This document shows, piece by piece, positions 48,439 through 62,095 of a stretch of 64,000 bases of DNA (within the stretch, counting starts at the first letter, position 1; each line of letters opens with the position of its first letter). Position numbers and translations under genes: made by a program. The notes under the pieces were generated by a model that saw only the letters and a list, made by a program, of their open reading frames with translations, was not told where the DNA came from and ran no database searches. Origin of the DNA: Mobula hypostoma (Eukaryota); contig NC_086101.1 of assembly GCF_963921235.1 (NCBI RefSeq), positions 192,138,001 to 192,202,000 on the forward strand, given 5' to 3'.

Positions 48439-48970
48439 GGTGGCAGAGAGGAGTGCCAGGGCCGGGGGGGGGCAGAGAAGGAGTGCCAGGGGTGGAGGGT
48501 GGCAGAGAAGGAGTGCCTGGGTGGAGGGTGGCAGAGAAGGAGTGCCAGGGGTGGGGGGGCAGAGAAGGAGTGCCTGGGTGGAGGGTGGCAGAGAAGGAGT
48601 GCCTGGGTGGAGGGTAGCAGAGAAGGAGTGCCAGGTGTGGGACAGGTGGCAGAGAAGGAGTGCCAGGTGCGGGGTGGCAGAGAAGGAGTGCCAGGGGTGG
48701 AGGGTGGCAGAGAAGGAGTGCCAGGGGTGGGGGGGGCAGAGAAGGAGTGCCAGGGGTGGGGGGTGTCAGAGAAGGAATGCCAGGGGCAGGGGGGGCAGAG
48801 AGGAGTGCCAGGGATGGAGGATGGCAGAGAGGAGTGCCGGGGCGGGGTGGCAGAGAAGGAGTGCCAGGGGCGGAGGGTGGCAGAGAAGGAGTGCCTGGGG
48901 TGGAGGGTGACAGAGAAGGAGTGCCGGGGCGGGGGGTGGCAGAGAAGGAGTGCCTGGGTGGAGGGTGGCA
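48439..48970. repeat. G-rich minisatellite, about 26-30-bp unit, about 18 copies
   Basis: Unit GAGTGCC(A/T)GGG(G)TGGAGGGTGGCAGAGAAG. Confidence 0.95.
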
Positions 48971-51073
48971 CGGGTGAAGACACACCTAGACCTGAGACAC
49001 CAGGCAAGATCATTTGATTCCAAACAATTGGTTTATTGATCATTACAGGATGTCTCTCTGCTGCTTCCCACTCCCTCCCCTCTCCCTTTCCCTTTTTCCC
49101 AACCATGATTCCCCTCTCCCTGCCCCCTTCCCACTCTCAGTCTACAATAGAGACCCAGATCAGAATCAGGTTTATCAACACTCACATACAGAATGTCATG
49201 AAATTTGTTTTTTTAATGGCAGCAGTATGGTGCAATACATAAAATTACTACAGTACTGTGCAAAGGTCTTAGGGACCCTGGCTATATAAGTGTCTAAGCT
49301 TTTCCACCAGTACTGTATACCTTCCAGTTTTAAAGCCCCCTACCCTGGGGAAAGATCTTTTCTCTGTGAAGTCCCCCTCAGTCTCTGACGTTCAGGTACA
49401 ATAGATCCAGCCCGTCCATTCTCCCCTTGTAACCAGTCCCAGTACCATCCACATTTTTGCATTCTTTCACTGACGTCCCTCCTATCCAGGGTGATGAGAT
49501 CTGTACACAGTACTCCAAATGCAGTCTGGTATGGCTGATGTACAATGTACTCTGTGATGGGACCGATGGAGTCAAACGTGCCAAGTAACGTCTTCACTAC
49601 CCTGTCTGCCTGTGTCTCCACTTTCGGGGAGCAATGTACCTGGACCCCTCAGTCTCTCTTCCCGTCACACCAGACAAAGGCAGATTTCAAAGTGTTGGGT
49701 GGATCTATTGAAACCTGTCACATATTGAAAGGCCTCAACAGAGTGGATGTGGAGAGAATGTTTCCTGTAGTGGGGAGTTTAGGACCAGGAGGCACAGCCT
49801 CAGAATCCAAAGTCGTCCATTTAGAATCGAGATGAGGAAGAATTTCTTCAGCCAGAGGGTGGTTAATCTGTGGAATTCATTGCCACAGACTGCTATGGAC
49901 GGCAAACTATTGGGTAGATTTAAAGCAAAGATTGATAGGTTCTTGATTCCTGAGCGTTACCATTTAGTCATAGTCATAGTCATAGTCATACTATATTGAT
50001 CCCGGGGGAAATTGGTTTTCGTTACGGTTGCACCATAAATAATAAATAGTAATAGAACCATAAATAGTTAAATAGTAATATGTAAATTATGTCAGTAAAT
50101 TATGAAATAATTCCAGGACCGGCCTATTGGCTCAGGGTGTCTGCCCCTCCAAGGGAGGAGTTGTAAAGTTTGATGGCCACAGGCAGGAATGACTTCCTAT
50201 GACGCTCTGTGTTGCATCTCGGTGGAGCTTACTATGTTAGCTCTCCATCATGAAGGACCCATCACCCAGGACGTGCCCTCTTCTCATTGCTACCGTCAGG
50301 GAGGAGGCACAGGAGCCTGAAGACTCACACTCGATGTTTCAGCAACAGCTTCTTCCCCTCCACCATCAGATTTCTGAACGGTCTCCGAACCCGTGAACAC
50401 TACCTCACTACTTTTGCTTTGTTTTTACAATATTTATTTTTAAATATCTTTCTTTTTGTAATTTGTAGATTTTTAATGTATTGCACTTCACTGCTGCCAC
50501 AAAACAACAAATTTCACAACATATGTCAGTGAAATTGATCCTAATTCTGAGGTCCTGCCTTGGTCTGTCATAAATTCACAGAGCACAACACAGAGAAACA
50601 GGCCCTTTGGCCCATCTAGTCCATGCCAAACTGTTATTCTGCCAAGTCCCGTCAACCTGCACCTGGACCATAGCCCTCCATACCCCTCTACCCCTCCCAT
50701 CTGTATACTTATCTAAACTTTAACGGTTCAAAAGTTAATCTTATTATCAAAGTATGTATGCAGAATGCAATTCTGAGATTTTTCTTTTCCAGATAGCCAT
50801 GAAATATAGAAAACCATAGAAGTAGTTGAAAGAAAAGAAAAGAAACAAAAACTTGCATACCCCAAACCCCTCCCTTGCACAAAAACAAACAGCTCCCCCA
50901 CATGGAGAAACAGCGACAAGAACATCAAACCCAAACCCCAAACCCGCCAATTGGCAACAGAGAGAATGGGCGTGAACACAGAAAGATCACATCGAACTGA
51001 AAGAGGCCAATATGAACTACAGTCCATTCTATAAATCTCAGAATTTCGATACCACCTCCAAGAGCATCGGGAC

Positions 51074-51218
51074 CCAGTGGCCCCTCCGAGGGCAGTGACT
51101 CGAACCAGTGGCCCTTTCGAGGGCAGTGACTCAAACCAGCGACCCCTTCAAGGACAGTGACTCGAACCAGCGACCCCTCTGAGGGCAGTGACTCAAACCA
51201 GCGACCCCTCCGAGGGCA
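51074..51218. repeat. 31-bp tandem repeat, about 4.7 copies
   Basis: Unit CCAG(T/C)G(G/A)CCCCTCCGAGGGCAGTGACTC(G/A)AA. Confidence 0.9.
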
Positions 51219-51234
51219 GAGACATGAACTTCTC

Positions 51235-51716
51235 TTAAATTCCTGGGATGGCAGGACTGTCATATGATGAAAGACTGGATCGACTAGGCTTATATTCGTT
51301 GGAAATTAGAAGATTGAGGGGGGATCTTATTGAAACGTATAAAATCCTAAAGGGATCAGACAGGCTAGATGTGGGAAGATTGTTCCCGATGTTGGGGAAG
51401 TCCAGAACGAGGGGTCACAGTTTGAGGATAAAGGGGAAGCCTTTTAGGACCAAGATGAGGAAAAACTTCTTCACACAGAGAGTGGTGAATCTGTGGAATT
51501 CTCTGCCACAGGAAACAGTTGAGGCCAGTTCATTGGCTATATTTAAGAGGGAGTTAGATATGGCCCTTGTGGCTAAAGGGGTCAGGGGGTATGGAGGGAA
51601 GGCTGGTGCAGGGTTCTGAGTTAGATGATCAGCCATGATCATAATAAATGGCGGTGCAGGCTCGAAGGGCCGAATGGCCTACTCCTGCACCTATTTTCTA
51701 TGTTTCTATGTTTCTA
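51235..51716 (+). mobile_element. CR1 3' fragment, nearly identical to 37120-37597
   Basis: MAGLSYDERLDRLGLYSLE... and the TTTCTATG tail are shared with the 37 kb copy. Confidence 0.9.
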
Positions 51717-51914
51717 TAACACCAAATCCAGTATAGCTGATCCTAGTAGGCTCAATGAAAAACTACTCTAAAAACCCACCTCGTAGGCATTCAACAAATT
51801 AACTCTCTTGGGATCCATTAACAACCTGATTTTCCCAGTGTACCTGCATGTTGAAATCTCCCATGACAATCATAACATTTCCCTTTTGACACACCTTTTC
51901 TATTTTCTGTTGTG

Positions 51915-53605
51915 ATCTGTGGCTGACGATACAACCATTGTTGGTAGAATCTCAGGTGGTGACGAGAGGGTGTACAGGAGTGAGATATGCCAACAAGTGG
52001 AGTGGTGTCGCAGCAACAACCTGACACTCAATGTCAGTAAGACGAAAGAGCTGATTGTGGACTTCAGGAAGGGTAAGACGAAGGAACACATACCAATCCT
52101 CATAGAGGGATCAGAAGTGGAGAGAGTGAGCAGCTTCAAGTTCCTGGGTGTCAAGATCTCTGAGGATCTAACCTGGTCCCAACATATTGATGTAGTTATA
52201 CAGAAGGCAAGACAACGGCTATACTTCATTAGGAGTTTGAAGCGATTTGGCATGTCAGCAAATACACTCAAAGACTTCTATAGTTGTACTGTGGAGAGCA
52301 TTCTGACAGGCTGCATCACTGTCTGGTATGGAGGGGCTACTGTACAGGACCGAAAGAGGCTGCACAAAGTTGTAAATCTAGTCAGCTCCATCTTGGGTAC
52401 CGGCCTACAAAGTACCCAGGGCATCTTTTGGTAGCGGTGTAGGAGATACAGAAGCCTGAAGGCACACACTCAGCGATTCAGGAACAGCTTCTTCCCCTCT
52501 GCCATCCGATTCCTAAATGGACATTGGAAGCTTTGGACACCACCTCACTTTTTTTAATATACAGTGTTTCTGTTTTTGCACTGTTACGTAACCGGCAACA
52601 ATGAATATCATTCAAGACAGGTTATATAAAAACAACCAAACATTTATTAAACACGGATAAACGATAAGGAAAAAAAACAAACGAAAACTTTAACCGGAAG
52701 TTATCTGTTATGCAGCCGTTCACCAAATCGTCACTCGGCACTGGTTCTTAAAGCGTTAAATGCGAAAACAGTTCTTAAAGCGATAAAGTCAGATATAGTT
52801 CTTAAAATGGTAAATTCGAAAGTCCTACAGATTTATACGTTCAATTGGGAGAGACTTCTCTGGAGAAGGATTTCTTCATAGACGCGACTTTCCTGCTGGT
52901 TCTGTCCACAGGATTCACGATGCTGAAAATAAACAGTTTAAAACGACTGACCTTATAAATTCTTTTAGAGAGACAGCAAACCTTTGCACGAACTCTTTGC
53001 TCTTTTTGGCAAGAGTTATCCTGGATGCAGGTCGCTACTCCTCCAATGAAGACTCAATAAAGTCGATCCTTTATTAAACTGCCAAACGATGCCAACTCCT
53101 CTCGATCCTTCGGTCCTGTACTTCGATAAATTCTTCACTCTCCCGCACTACTGTTGGAATTGAGTAAATTAGCACATCTAGCTAACAATTTCCAGTCCAA
53201 TAATATTGTATCTTACAATAGAACGCAATACTCCATTTTAAAAATGAAACTGCGTCACAAAAAAACAAACACGCAACAGAAATGGAGACACAGCACGTTC
53301 TACCTGGAAATCGACAAACTAAAAACAAACTGCGTCACCTGGGATCTTCCCTTATTTACTCATGATGCGCATGTCATCAAGTGACCTCACATTGGCGGGA
53401 AAATCACATCAGGTGACCCCCAAAAGACCATTACATCATTCTCACAAAAAAAACAGATCTCCTTGAACATGTAACAGCACATTTTAAAAAATCTATTCAA
53501 TACATGTAATTGATTTACTTGTTTATTTATTATCTTTTATTTTATTGTTATTTTTTCTCTGCGAGATTATGTATTGCATTGAACTGCTGCTGCTGAGTTA
53601 ACAAA
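51915..53605 (+). mobile_element. Rex1/L2-clade LINE 3' fragment split by a solo LTR
   Basis: ORF 51919-52434 (ADDTTIVGRI...FKFLGV...); the tail resumes after 53476. Confidence 0.8.
52582..53476 (-). mobile_element. Solo LTR, 895 bp
   Basis: Termini TGTTAC and GTAACA; 4-bp TSD GCAC at 52578-52581 and 53477-53480; strand inferred from AATAAA placement. Confidence 0.88.
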
Positions 53606-53660
53606 TTTCACGTCACATGCCGGTGATAATAAACCTGATTCTGATTCTGATTCCGATACA

Positions 53661-53890
53661 GCCCAGAACAGCTCTTCCGACCCAACAACCCACAGTTTAA
53701 CCCCAGCCTAATCACAGGACAATGTACAATGACCAATTGACCTTCTAACCGGTTTATCTTTGGTCTGTGGGAAGAAACCGGAGTACCCGGAGGAAACCCA
53801 CAGGACAGACACTCAGGATTGAACATAAAACTTGCTTACAGAGGATGCTAGAATTGAACTCTGAACTCCGACACTCTGAGCTGTAACAGT
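53661..53890 (-). mobile_element. V-SINE fragment running into the 32-bp array
   Basis: GGAAGAAACCGGAGTACCCGGAGGAAACCCAC motif, as at 33290. Confidence 0.75.
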
Positions 53891-54594
53891 GTATCTTCAC
53901 AACCTTATCTAGCTGTAACAGCATAACTTCACAACCCTATCTAGCTGTAACAGTGTATTTTTACAACCCTATCTAGCTGTAATAGTGTATCTTCACAACC
54001 CTATCCAGCTGTAACAGTGTTTCTTCACAACCCTATCCAGCTGTAACAGTGTATCTTCACAACCCTATCTAGCTGTAACAGTGTATTTTTACAACCCTAT
54101 CTAGCTGTAACAGTGTAACTTCACAACCCTATCCAGCTGTAACAGTGTAACTTCACAACCCTATCTAGCTGTAACAGTGTATTTTTACAACCCTATCTAG
54201 CTGTAATAGTGTATCTTCACAACCCTATCCAGCTGTAACAGTGTTTCTTCACAACCCTATCCAGCTGTAACAGTGTATCTTCACAACCCTATCTAGCTGT
54301 AACAGTGTATTTTTACAACCCTATCTAGCTGTAACAGTGTAACTTCACAACCCTATCCAGCTGTAACAGTGTAACATCACAACCCTATCTAGCTGTAACG
54401 GTGTAACTTCACAACCCAATCTAGCTGTAACAGTGTAACTCCACAACCCTATCCAGCTGTAACAGTGTAACTCCACAACCCTATCCAGCTGTAACAGTGT
54501 AACTTCACAACCCTATACAGCTGTAACAGTGTAACTTTACAACCCTACCTAGCTGTAACAGCGTATCTTCAGAACCCTATAAAGCTGTGACACT
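53879..54594. repeat. 32-bp minisatellite, about 22 copies, with a 7-unit higher-order duplication
   Basis: Unit AGCTGTAACAGTGTA(T/A)CTTCACAACCCTATC(T/C). Confidence 0.95.
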
Positions 54595-54805
54595 ACTTTC
54601 AGGGAATTACAGATCTGTGTTCCCTGATTGCTCTGTCCTGCCACACTCCTCAGAACCTGAGGTCTTGCATTTTGTCTTATTAAATTAAACCTGATCTGCC
54701 GTTCCTCAGCCCACTGGGTCAGTTGATCAAGGTCCCTTTGTAATCTTGGATAACCACAACTGGGAACATGCTGTGATTTCATGATCTTGGTTCTTTTCTC
54801 GACAG

Positions 54806-54858
54806 GAATGTTCCACGTTTGACCCAATCGGAGCAGGAACAGAAGCCGCCTGAGTCAG
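54806..54858 (+). CDS. Cytoplasmic exon 2 (R-NVPRLTQSEQEQKPPES-V)
   Basis: Acceptor ttggttcttttctcgacAG and donor CAG|GTACTG; 53 nt, phase 2 to 1, bridging 44140 and 63190 exactly; lies in a non-repeat island. Confidence 0.7.
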
Positions 54859-55604
54859 GTACTGAGCTGACAACGCGAGGGGGTGAACCAGTCACGGCTC
54901 CCAGGGGACCGATCAATAACAAATCTAGAACAGGCAGGGAGCTCCACCACCTGAGGAAAGAGCAGACCAGCTTCAGATTCCATGGAACGTAGAACAGTAC
55001 CGCACAGAACAGGCCCTTCAGCCCACCATGTTGTGCTAACCCTTCAATCTACTCTGAGATCAATCCAACTTTTCCCTCCCAGACAGCCCCCCAATTTTCT
55101 ATCCTCCATGTGCCTATCTAAGAGTCTCTTCAATGTCCGCTACGTATCTGCCTCTACCACCAGCCCTGGCAGCATATTCCATGCACCCACCACTCTCTGT
55201 GTAAGAATCCCTTCTCAGACATTCACCCCAATATATTTCCCCAATCACATTAAAAGTATGCCCCTCGTATTAGCCATTTCCACCTCTGGCTGACCACTCA
55301 ATCTTATCATCTCGTACACCTCAATCAAGTCACCTCTCATCCTCCTTCACTCCAAAGAGAAAAGCCTGAAAATGCTCAACCAATCCTCATAAGACATGCT
55401 CTCCAATCCAGGCAGCATCCTGGTAAATCTCCTCTGCACCCTCTCTAAAGCTTCCACATCCTTCCTACAACGAGGCAACCAGAACTGAACACATTTCTCC
55501 AAGTGTGGTCTAACCAGGGTTTTATAGAGCTGTAACACTGCCTCACAGGTCTTGAACTCAGTCCTTCGACTAATGAAGCCAAAACACCATATGCCTTCTT
55601 AACA

Positions 55605-58600
55605 ACTTTCAGGGGTTATTTGTGTAGAGTTCTGCATAGATACATTCCAATGAGACAGGGAAAGGATGGTCGGGTACAGGAACGGTGGTGTACAAAGGCT
55701 GTTGTAAATCCAGTCAAGAAGAAAAGAAAAGCTTACAAAAGGTTCAAAAAACTAGGCAATGATAGAGATCTTGAAGACTATAAGGCTAACAGGAAGGAGC
55801 TTAAGAATGAAATTAGGAGAGCCAGAAGGGGCCATGAAAAGGCCTTGGCGGGCAGGATTAAGGAAAACCCCAAGGCATTCTACAAGTATGTGAAGAGCAA
55901 GAGGATAGGACGTGAGAGAATAGGACCAATCAAGTGTGACAGTGATAAAGTGTGTATGGAAGCAGAGGAGATAGCAAAGGTACTTAATAGAACATAGAAT
56001 ATAAAATAGTACAGCACAGTACAGGCCCTTCGGCCCATATTGTTGTGCCGACCCTCAAACCCAGCCTCCTAAATAGCCCCGCACCTTAAATTCCTCCATA
56101 TACCCATCTAGTAGTCTCTTAAATTTCACTAGTGTATCTGCCTCCACCACTGACTCAGGCAGTGTATTCCATACACCAACCAGTCTCTGAGTAAAAAACC
56201 TTCCTCTAATATCCCCCTTGAACTTCCCACCCTTTACCTAAAAGCCATGTCCTCTTGTATTGAGCAGTGGTGCCCTGGGGAAGAGGCGCTGGATATCCAC
56301 TCTATCTATTCCTCTTAATATCTTGTGCACCTCTATCATGTCTCCTCTCATCCTCCTTCTCTCCAAAGAGTAAAGCCCTAGCTCCCTTACTCCTCTGTAC
56401 CCTTTCCAGTGCTTCCACATCTTTCCTATAGTGAAGCGACCAGAACTGGACACAGTACTCTAAGTGTTGCCTAACCAGAGTTTTATAGAGCTGCATCATT
56501 ACATCGCAACTCTTAAATTCTATCCCTCGATTTATGAAAGCTAACACCCCATAAGCTTTCTTAACTACCCTATCTACCTGCGAGGCAACTTTCAGGGATC
56601 TATGGACATGTACCCCCAGATCCCTCTGCTCCTCCACACTACCAAGTATCCTGCCATTTACTTTGTGCTCTGCCTTGGAGTTTGTCCTTCCAAAGTGTAC
56701 CACCTTACACTTCTCCGGGTTGAACTCCATCTGCCACTTCTCAGCCCACTTCTGCAACCTATCAATGTCTCTCTGCAATCTTTGACAATCCTATACACTA
56801 TCTACAACACCTCCAACCTTTGTGTCGTCTGCAAACATCCCAACCCACCCTTTTACCCCCACATCCAGGTCATTAATAAAAATCACGAAAAGTAGAGGTC
56901 CCAGAACAGATCCTTGTGGGACACCACTAGTCACATCCCCCCAATCCAAATGTACCCCCTCCACTATGACCCTCTGCCTTCAGCAGGCAGGCCAATTCTG
57001 AATCCAGCTGGCCAAACTTCCCTGGATCCCATGCCCTCTGACTTTCTGAATAAACCTACTGTGTGGAACCCTGTCAAATGCCTTACTAAAATCCATAGAG
57101 ATCACATCCACTGCACTACCCTCATCTATATGCCTGGTCACTTCCTCAAAGAACTCTATCAGGCTTGTTAGACATGATCTGCCCTTCACAAAGCCATACT
57201 GACTGTCCCTGATCAGACCATGATTCTCTAAATGCCCATAGATCCTATCTCTAAGAATCTTTTCCAACAGCTTTCCTACCACAGACGTAAGACTCACTGG
57301 TCTATAATTACCAGGACTACCCCTACTACCTTTTTTGAACAAGGGGACAACATTTGCCTTCCTCCAATCTTCCAGTGCCATTCCCGTGGACAACGAGGAC
57401 ATAAAGATCCTAGCCAGAGGCTCAGCAATCTCTTCTCTCGCCTCATGGAGCAGCCTGGGGAATATTCCGTCAGGCCCCGGGGACTTATCTATCGTAATGT
57501 ATTTTAACAACTCCAATACCTCCTCTCCCTTAATATCAACATGCTCCAGAACATCAACCTCACTCATATTGTCCTCACCATCATCAAGTTCCCTCTCATT
57601 GGTGAATACCGAAGAGAAGTATTCATTGAGGACCTCACTCACTTCCACAGCCTCCAGGCACATCTTCCCACCTTTATCTCGAATCGGTCCAACCTTCACT
57701 CCTGTTATCCTTTTTTTCTTCACATAATTGAAGAATGCCTTGTGGTTTTCCTTTACCCTACTCGCCAAGCCCTTCTCATGCCTCCTTCTTGCTCTTCTCA
57801 GCCCCTTCTTAAGCTCCTTTCTTGCTTCCCTATATTCCTCAATAGACCCATCTGATCCTTGCTTCCTAAACCTCATGTATGCTGCCTTCTTCCACCTGAT
57901 TAGATTTTCCATCTCACTTGTCACCCATGCTTCCTTCACCCTACCGTTCGTTATCTTCCTCACCGGGACAAATTTATCCCTAACATCCTGCAAGAGATCT
58001 CTAAACATCGACCACATGTCCATAGTACATTTCCCTGCAAAAACATCATCCCAATTCACACCCGCAAGTTCTAGCCTTATAGCCTCATAATTTGCCTTTC
58101 CCCAATTAAAAATTTTCCTGTCCTCTCTGAGTCCATCCTTTTCCATGATAATGCTAAAGGCCAGGGAGCGGTAGTCACTGTCCCCCAGATGCTCACCCAC
58201 TGAGACTACTTAATGAGTACTTTGCTTCAGTATTCACTACGGAAAATGATCTTGGCAATTGTAGGGATGACTTACAATGGACTGAAAAGCTTGAGGATAT
58301 AGACATTAAGAAAGAGGATGTGCTGGAGCTTTTGGAAAGCATCAAGTTGAATAAGTCACCAGGACTGTACGAGATGTACCCCAGGCTACTGTAGAAAGCG
58401 AGGGAGGAGATTGCTTAGCTTCTGGTGATCTTCGCATCATCAATGGAGATGGGAGAGGTTCCGGAGGATTGGAGGGTTGCGGCAGTTGTTCCCTTATTCA
58501 AGAAAGAGAGTAGAAATAGCCCAGGAAATTGTAGTCTAGTGAGTCTTACCTGAGTGGTTGGTAAGTTGATGGAGAAGATCCTGAGAGGCAGGATTTATGA

Positions 58601-59885
58601 ACATTTGGAGAGGAATAGTCAGCATGGCTCTGTCAAAGGCAGGTCATGCCTTATGAGTTTGTCTGAATTTTTTGAGTTTCTGACTAAACACATTGATGAA
58701 GGTAGAGCAGTAGATGTAGTGTATATGGATTTCAGCAAGGCATTTGACAAGGTACCCCATGAAAGGCTTATTGAGAAAGTAAGGAGGCATGGGATCCAAG
58801 GGGATATTGCTTTGTGGATCCAGAATTGGCTTGCCCACAGAAGGCAAAGAGCGAATGTAGACGGGTCATATTCTGCATGGAGGTCGGTGACCAGTCATGT
58901 GCCTCATGGATCTGTACAGGGTCCCTTACTCCTTCATTTTTATAAATGACCTGGATGAGGAAGTGGAGGGATGGGTTAGTAAATTTGCTGATGACACAAA
59001 GGTTGGTGGTGTTGTGGATAGTGTAGAGGGCTATCAAGGTTTACAGCGGAACATTGATAGGATGCAAAACTGGGCTGAGGAGTGGCAGATGGAGTTCAAC
59101 CCAGGTAAGTGTGAGATGGTTCATTTTGGTAGGTCAAATATGATGGCAGAATATTATATTAATGCTAAGACTCTTGGCAGTGTGGAGGATAAGAGGGATC
59201 TTGGGGTCCGAGTTCATAAGACACTCAAAGCTGCTACGCAGATTGACCCTGTGGTTAAGAAGGCATATGGTGCATTGGCCTTCATCAATTGTGGGATTGA
59301 GTTTAGGAGCTGAGAGATAATGTTGCAGCTGTATCGGACCCTGATCAGACCCCACTTGGAGTACTGTGCTCAGTTCTGGTCGCCTCACTACAGGAAGGAT
59401 GTGGAAAGTATAGAGAGAAGGCAGAGGAGATTTACAAGGATGTTGCCTGCATTGGGGAGCATGCTTATGAGAATAGGTTGAGTGAACTCGGCCTTTTCTC
59501 CTTGGAGCAACTGAGGGTGAGAAGTGACCAGATAGACGTGTATAAGACAATGAGAGGCATTGATCGTGTGGATAGTCAGAGGCTTTTTCCCAGGGCTGAA
59601 ATGGCTAACATGAGAGAGCACAGTTTTAAGGTGCTTGGAAGTAGGTACAGAGGAGATGTCAGGGGTAAGTTTTTTATGCAGAGAGTGGTGTAGAATGGGC
59701 TGCCAGCGATGGTGGTGGAGGTGGATACAATAGGGTCTTTTAAGAGATTCCTAGATAGGTACATGGAGCTTAGAAAAATAGTGGGCTATGGGTAACCCGA
59801 AATAATTTCTAAAGTAAAGACGTTTGGCACAGCTTTGTGGGCCGAAGGGCCTGTATTGTGCTATAGAGTTTCTATGTTTCTAACT
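55605..59885 (+). mobile_element. Decayed CR1 ORF2 and tail, split by another CR1
   Basis: ORF 55620-55997 continues at 58207 (LNEYFASVF...); RT pieces 58554-59693. Confidence 0.88.
55989..58206 (-). mobile_element. 5'-truncated CR1 of the same subfamily as 569-4794
   Basis: 8-bp TSD TACTTAAT at 55981-55988 and 58207-58214; ORFs 56980-58200 and 56302-56778 are almost identical in protein to 2841-4724. Confidence 0.93.
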
Positions 59886-60429
59886 TAACCACTTAAGACC
59901 ATATGACCATAAGATATAGGAGCACAAGTAGGCCAATTGGCCCATCAAGTCTGCTCTGCCATTCAATCATGGGCTGATCCAATTCTTCCAGTCATCCCCA
60001 CTCCCCTGCCTTCTCCCAATACCCTTTGATGCCCTGGCTAATCAACAACCAATAGATCTCTGCCTTAAATACACCCAATGACTTGACCTCCACAGCAGCT
60101 TGTGGCAACAAATTCCACAGATTTACCATCCTCTGACTAAAGAAATTTCTCCGCATCTTTGTTCTAAATGGACATCTTCAATCCTGAAGTCGTGACCTCT
60201 TGTCCTGGACTTCCCGTACCATGGGAAATAACTTCACATATCTAATCTGTTCAGGCCTTTTACCATTCAGAATGTTTCTTTGAGATCCCCCCTCATTCTC
60301 CTGAACTCCAGGGAATACAGTCCAAGAACTGCCAGACGTTCCTCATACGGTAACCCTTTCATTTACTTGCATTCCCATTCTGATGCTCTCAGGAGAGTGA
60401 GAGTAATGTATATAAGAATGTATATAAGA

Positions 60430-62095
60430 AAGCAAATGCTCTGAAGGGTGGCTGCTGTCCATTCCGATCAGAATGCACGCTAGGCTCGGTAGACGATTGA
60501 CGGTTGAGCGTCAATAACTTTTTGAGGCTGCCTGTCAGTGGGAAATAACCGTCATTTCAATGCCATGCCAGGCAGTGGCCATCGCCACCAGGAGTCTGAA
60601 CTTCTGCCTCGTTATCACGTTGAGCACCGGCACAATTCAACCCAGGAGTGGACAAATGGCAGACTCCGTCACAGTGAGCACTGACAATGACTGAACCCAG
60701 GAGCGGAGGAACAGCAGACTTCATCATGGTGAATGACAACACGACTGAACCCAGGTGTTCCCCATGAAGAACGGAAACAAGGGCTTAGACACAGGAATAC
60801 CAATAGAGTATCAGAGAGACAGTCGAGTGACACTCTGAGACAAATCATTCTCCACAAACACAAGGACTTCACTGAGCACTAAATGAGAGTCCCCTTTGAA
60901 TAATCATGGAAAGCAGAAAACCCGTGCCAGTCACAATCAACTTGACCAGATTAAACAGAAAGCACAAGGCCAAAGTAACATGTGTGAACGACTGGCGTCC
61001 TGTTGCACTCATCTCAATCATGAGCAAATGCTTTGAAAGGCTGGTCAAGGACCACATCTGCAGCTTGCTACCACCTACAATGGACTCCCTACAATTCGCC
61101 TACCGACACAACCAATCGACAGATGATGCAATAGCCACAGCTCTACACACCGTCATTACACATCTGGAGAAGGATGCTTATGTGAGAATGCTGTTCTTGG
61201 ACTACAGTTCAGCATTCAACACCATAATCCCAACCACCTCCCCCCACCAGGCTCGACAAGAAGCTCAGAGACCTCGGCCTTCACCCTGCTGGATCCTGGA
61301 CTTCCTGTCAGATCGCTGGCAGGTGGTAAGAGTGGGCTCCGTCACCTCTGCCCCTCTGACCCTCAACACAGGTGCCCCCATGGCTGTATACTAAGCCCCC
61401 TCCCTTACTCTCTGTATACCCATGACTGTGTCGCCACCCACTGCTCCAATCTGCTAATTAAATTCACTGACGACACTACATTGATTTGGCTAATCTCAAA
61501 CTCCTTTAAGTTCCTCGGCATAAACATCACTAAGGATCTCACATGGTCTGTACATACCAGCTGTGTGGTGAAAAAGGCACAACAGCGCTTCAGACAGTTG
61601 AGGAAGTTTGGTATGGGACCCCAAATCCTAAGAACTTTCTACAGGGGCACAGTTGTGAGCATCCTGACTGGCTGCATCACTGCCTGGTACGGGAACTGTA
61701 CTTCCCTCAATCTCAGGACTCTGCGGAGAGTGGTGCGGACAGCCCAGCACATCTGTAGATGTGAACTTCCCACTATTCAGGACATTTGCAAAGACAGGTG
61801 TGTAAAAAGGGCCCGAAGGATCATTGGGGACCCGAGTCACCCCAACCACAAACTGTTCCAGCTGATACCATCCGGGAAATGGTACCGCAGCATAAAAGCC
61901 AGGACCAACAGGCTCCGGGACAGCTTCTTCCACCAGGCCATCAGACTGATGAACTCATGCTGACACAACTGTATTTCTATGTTATATTGACTGTCCTGTT
62001 GTATGTACTATTTATTATAAATTACTATAAATTGCACATTGCACGTTTCGATGGAGATGTAATGTAAACATTTTTACTCCTCATGTAATAAAGTG
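60430..62095 (+). mobile_element. Rex1/Babar LINE, internally deleted
   Basis: NDWRPVALISIMSKCFERLV...LFLDYSSAFNTIIP (60906-61394) and the C-terminal ORF 61481-61963, then a tail. Confidence 0.85.

Noticed and set aside
43649-49106. ORFs within the G-rich arrays (43649-43945 and 48306-49106)
   Set aside because: Low-complexity translations of minisatellites.
53879-54594. CRISPR-like array (also considered for 28710-31080 and 51074-51218)
   Set aside because: Units are contiguous with no unique spacers, there are no cas genes, and the context is eukaryotic.
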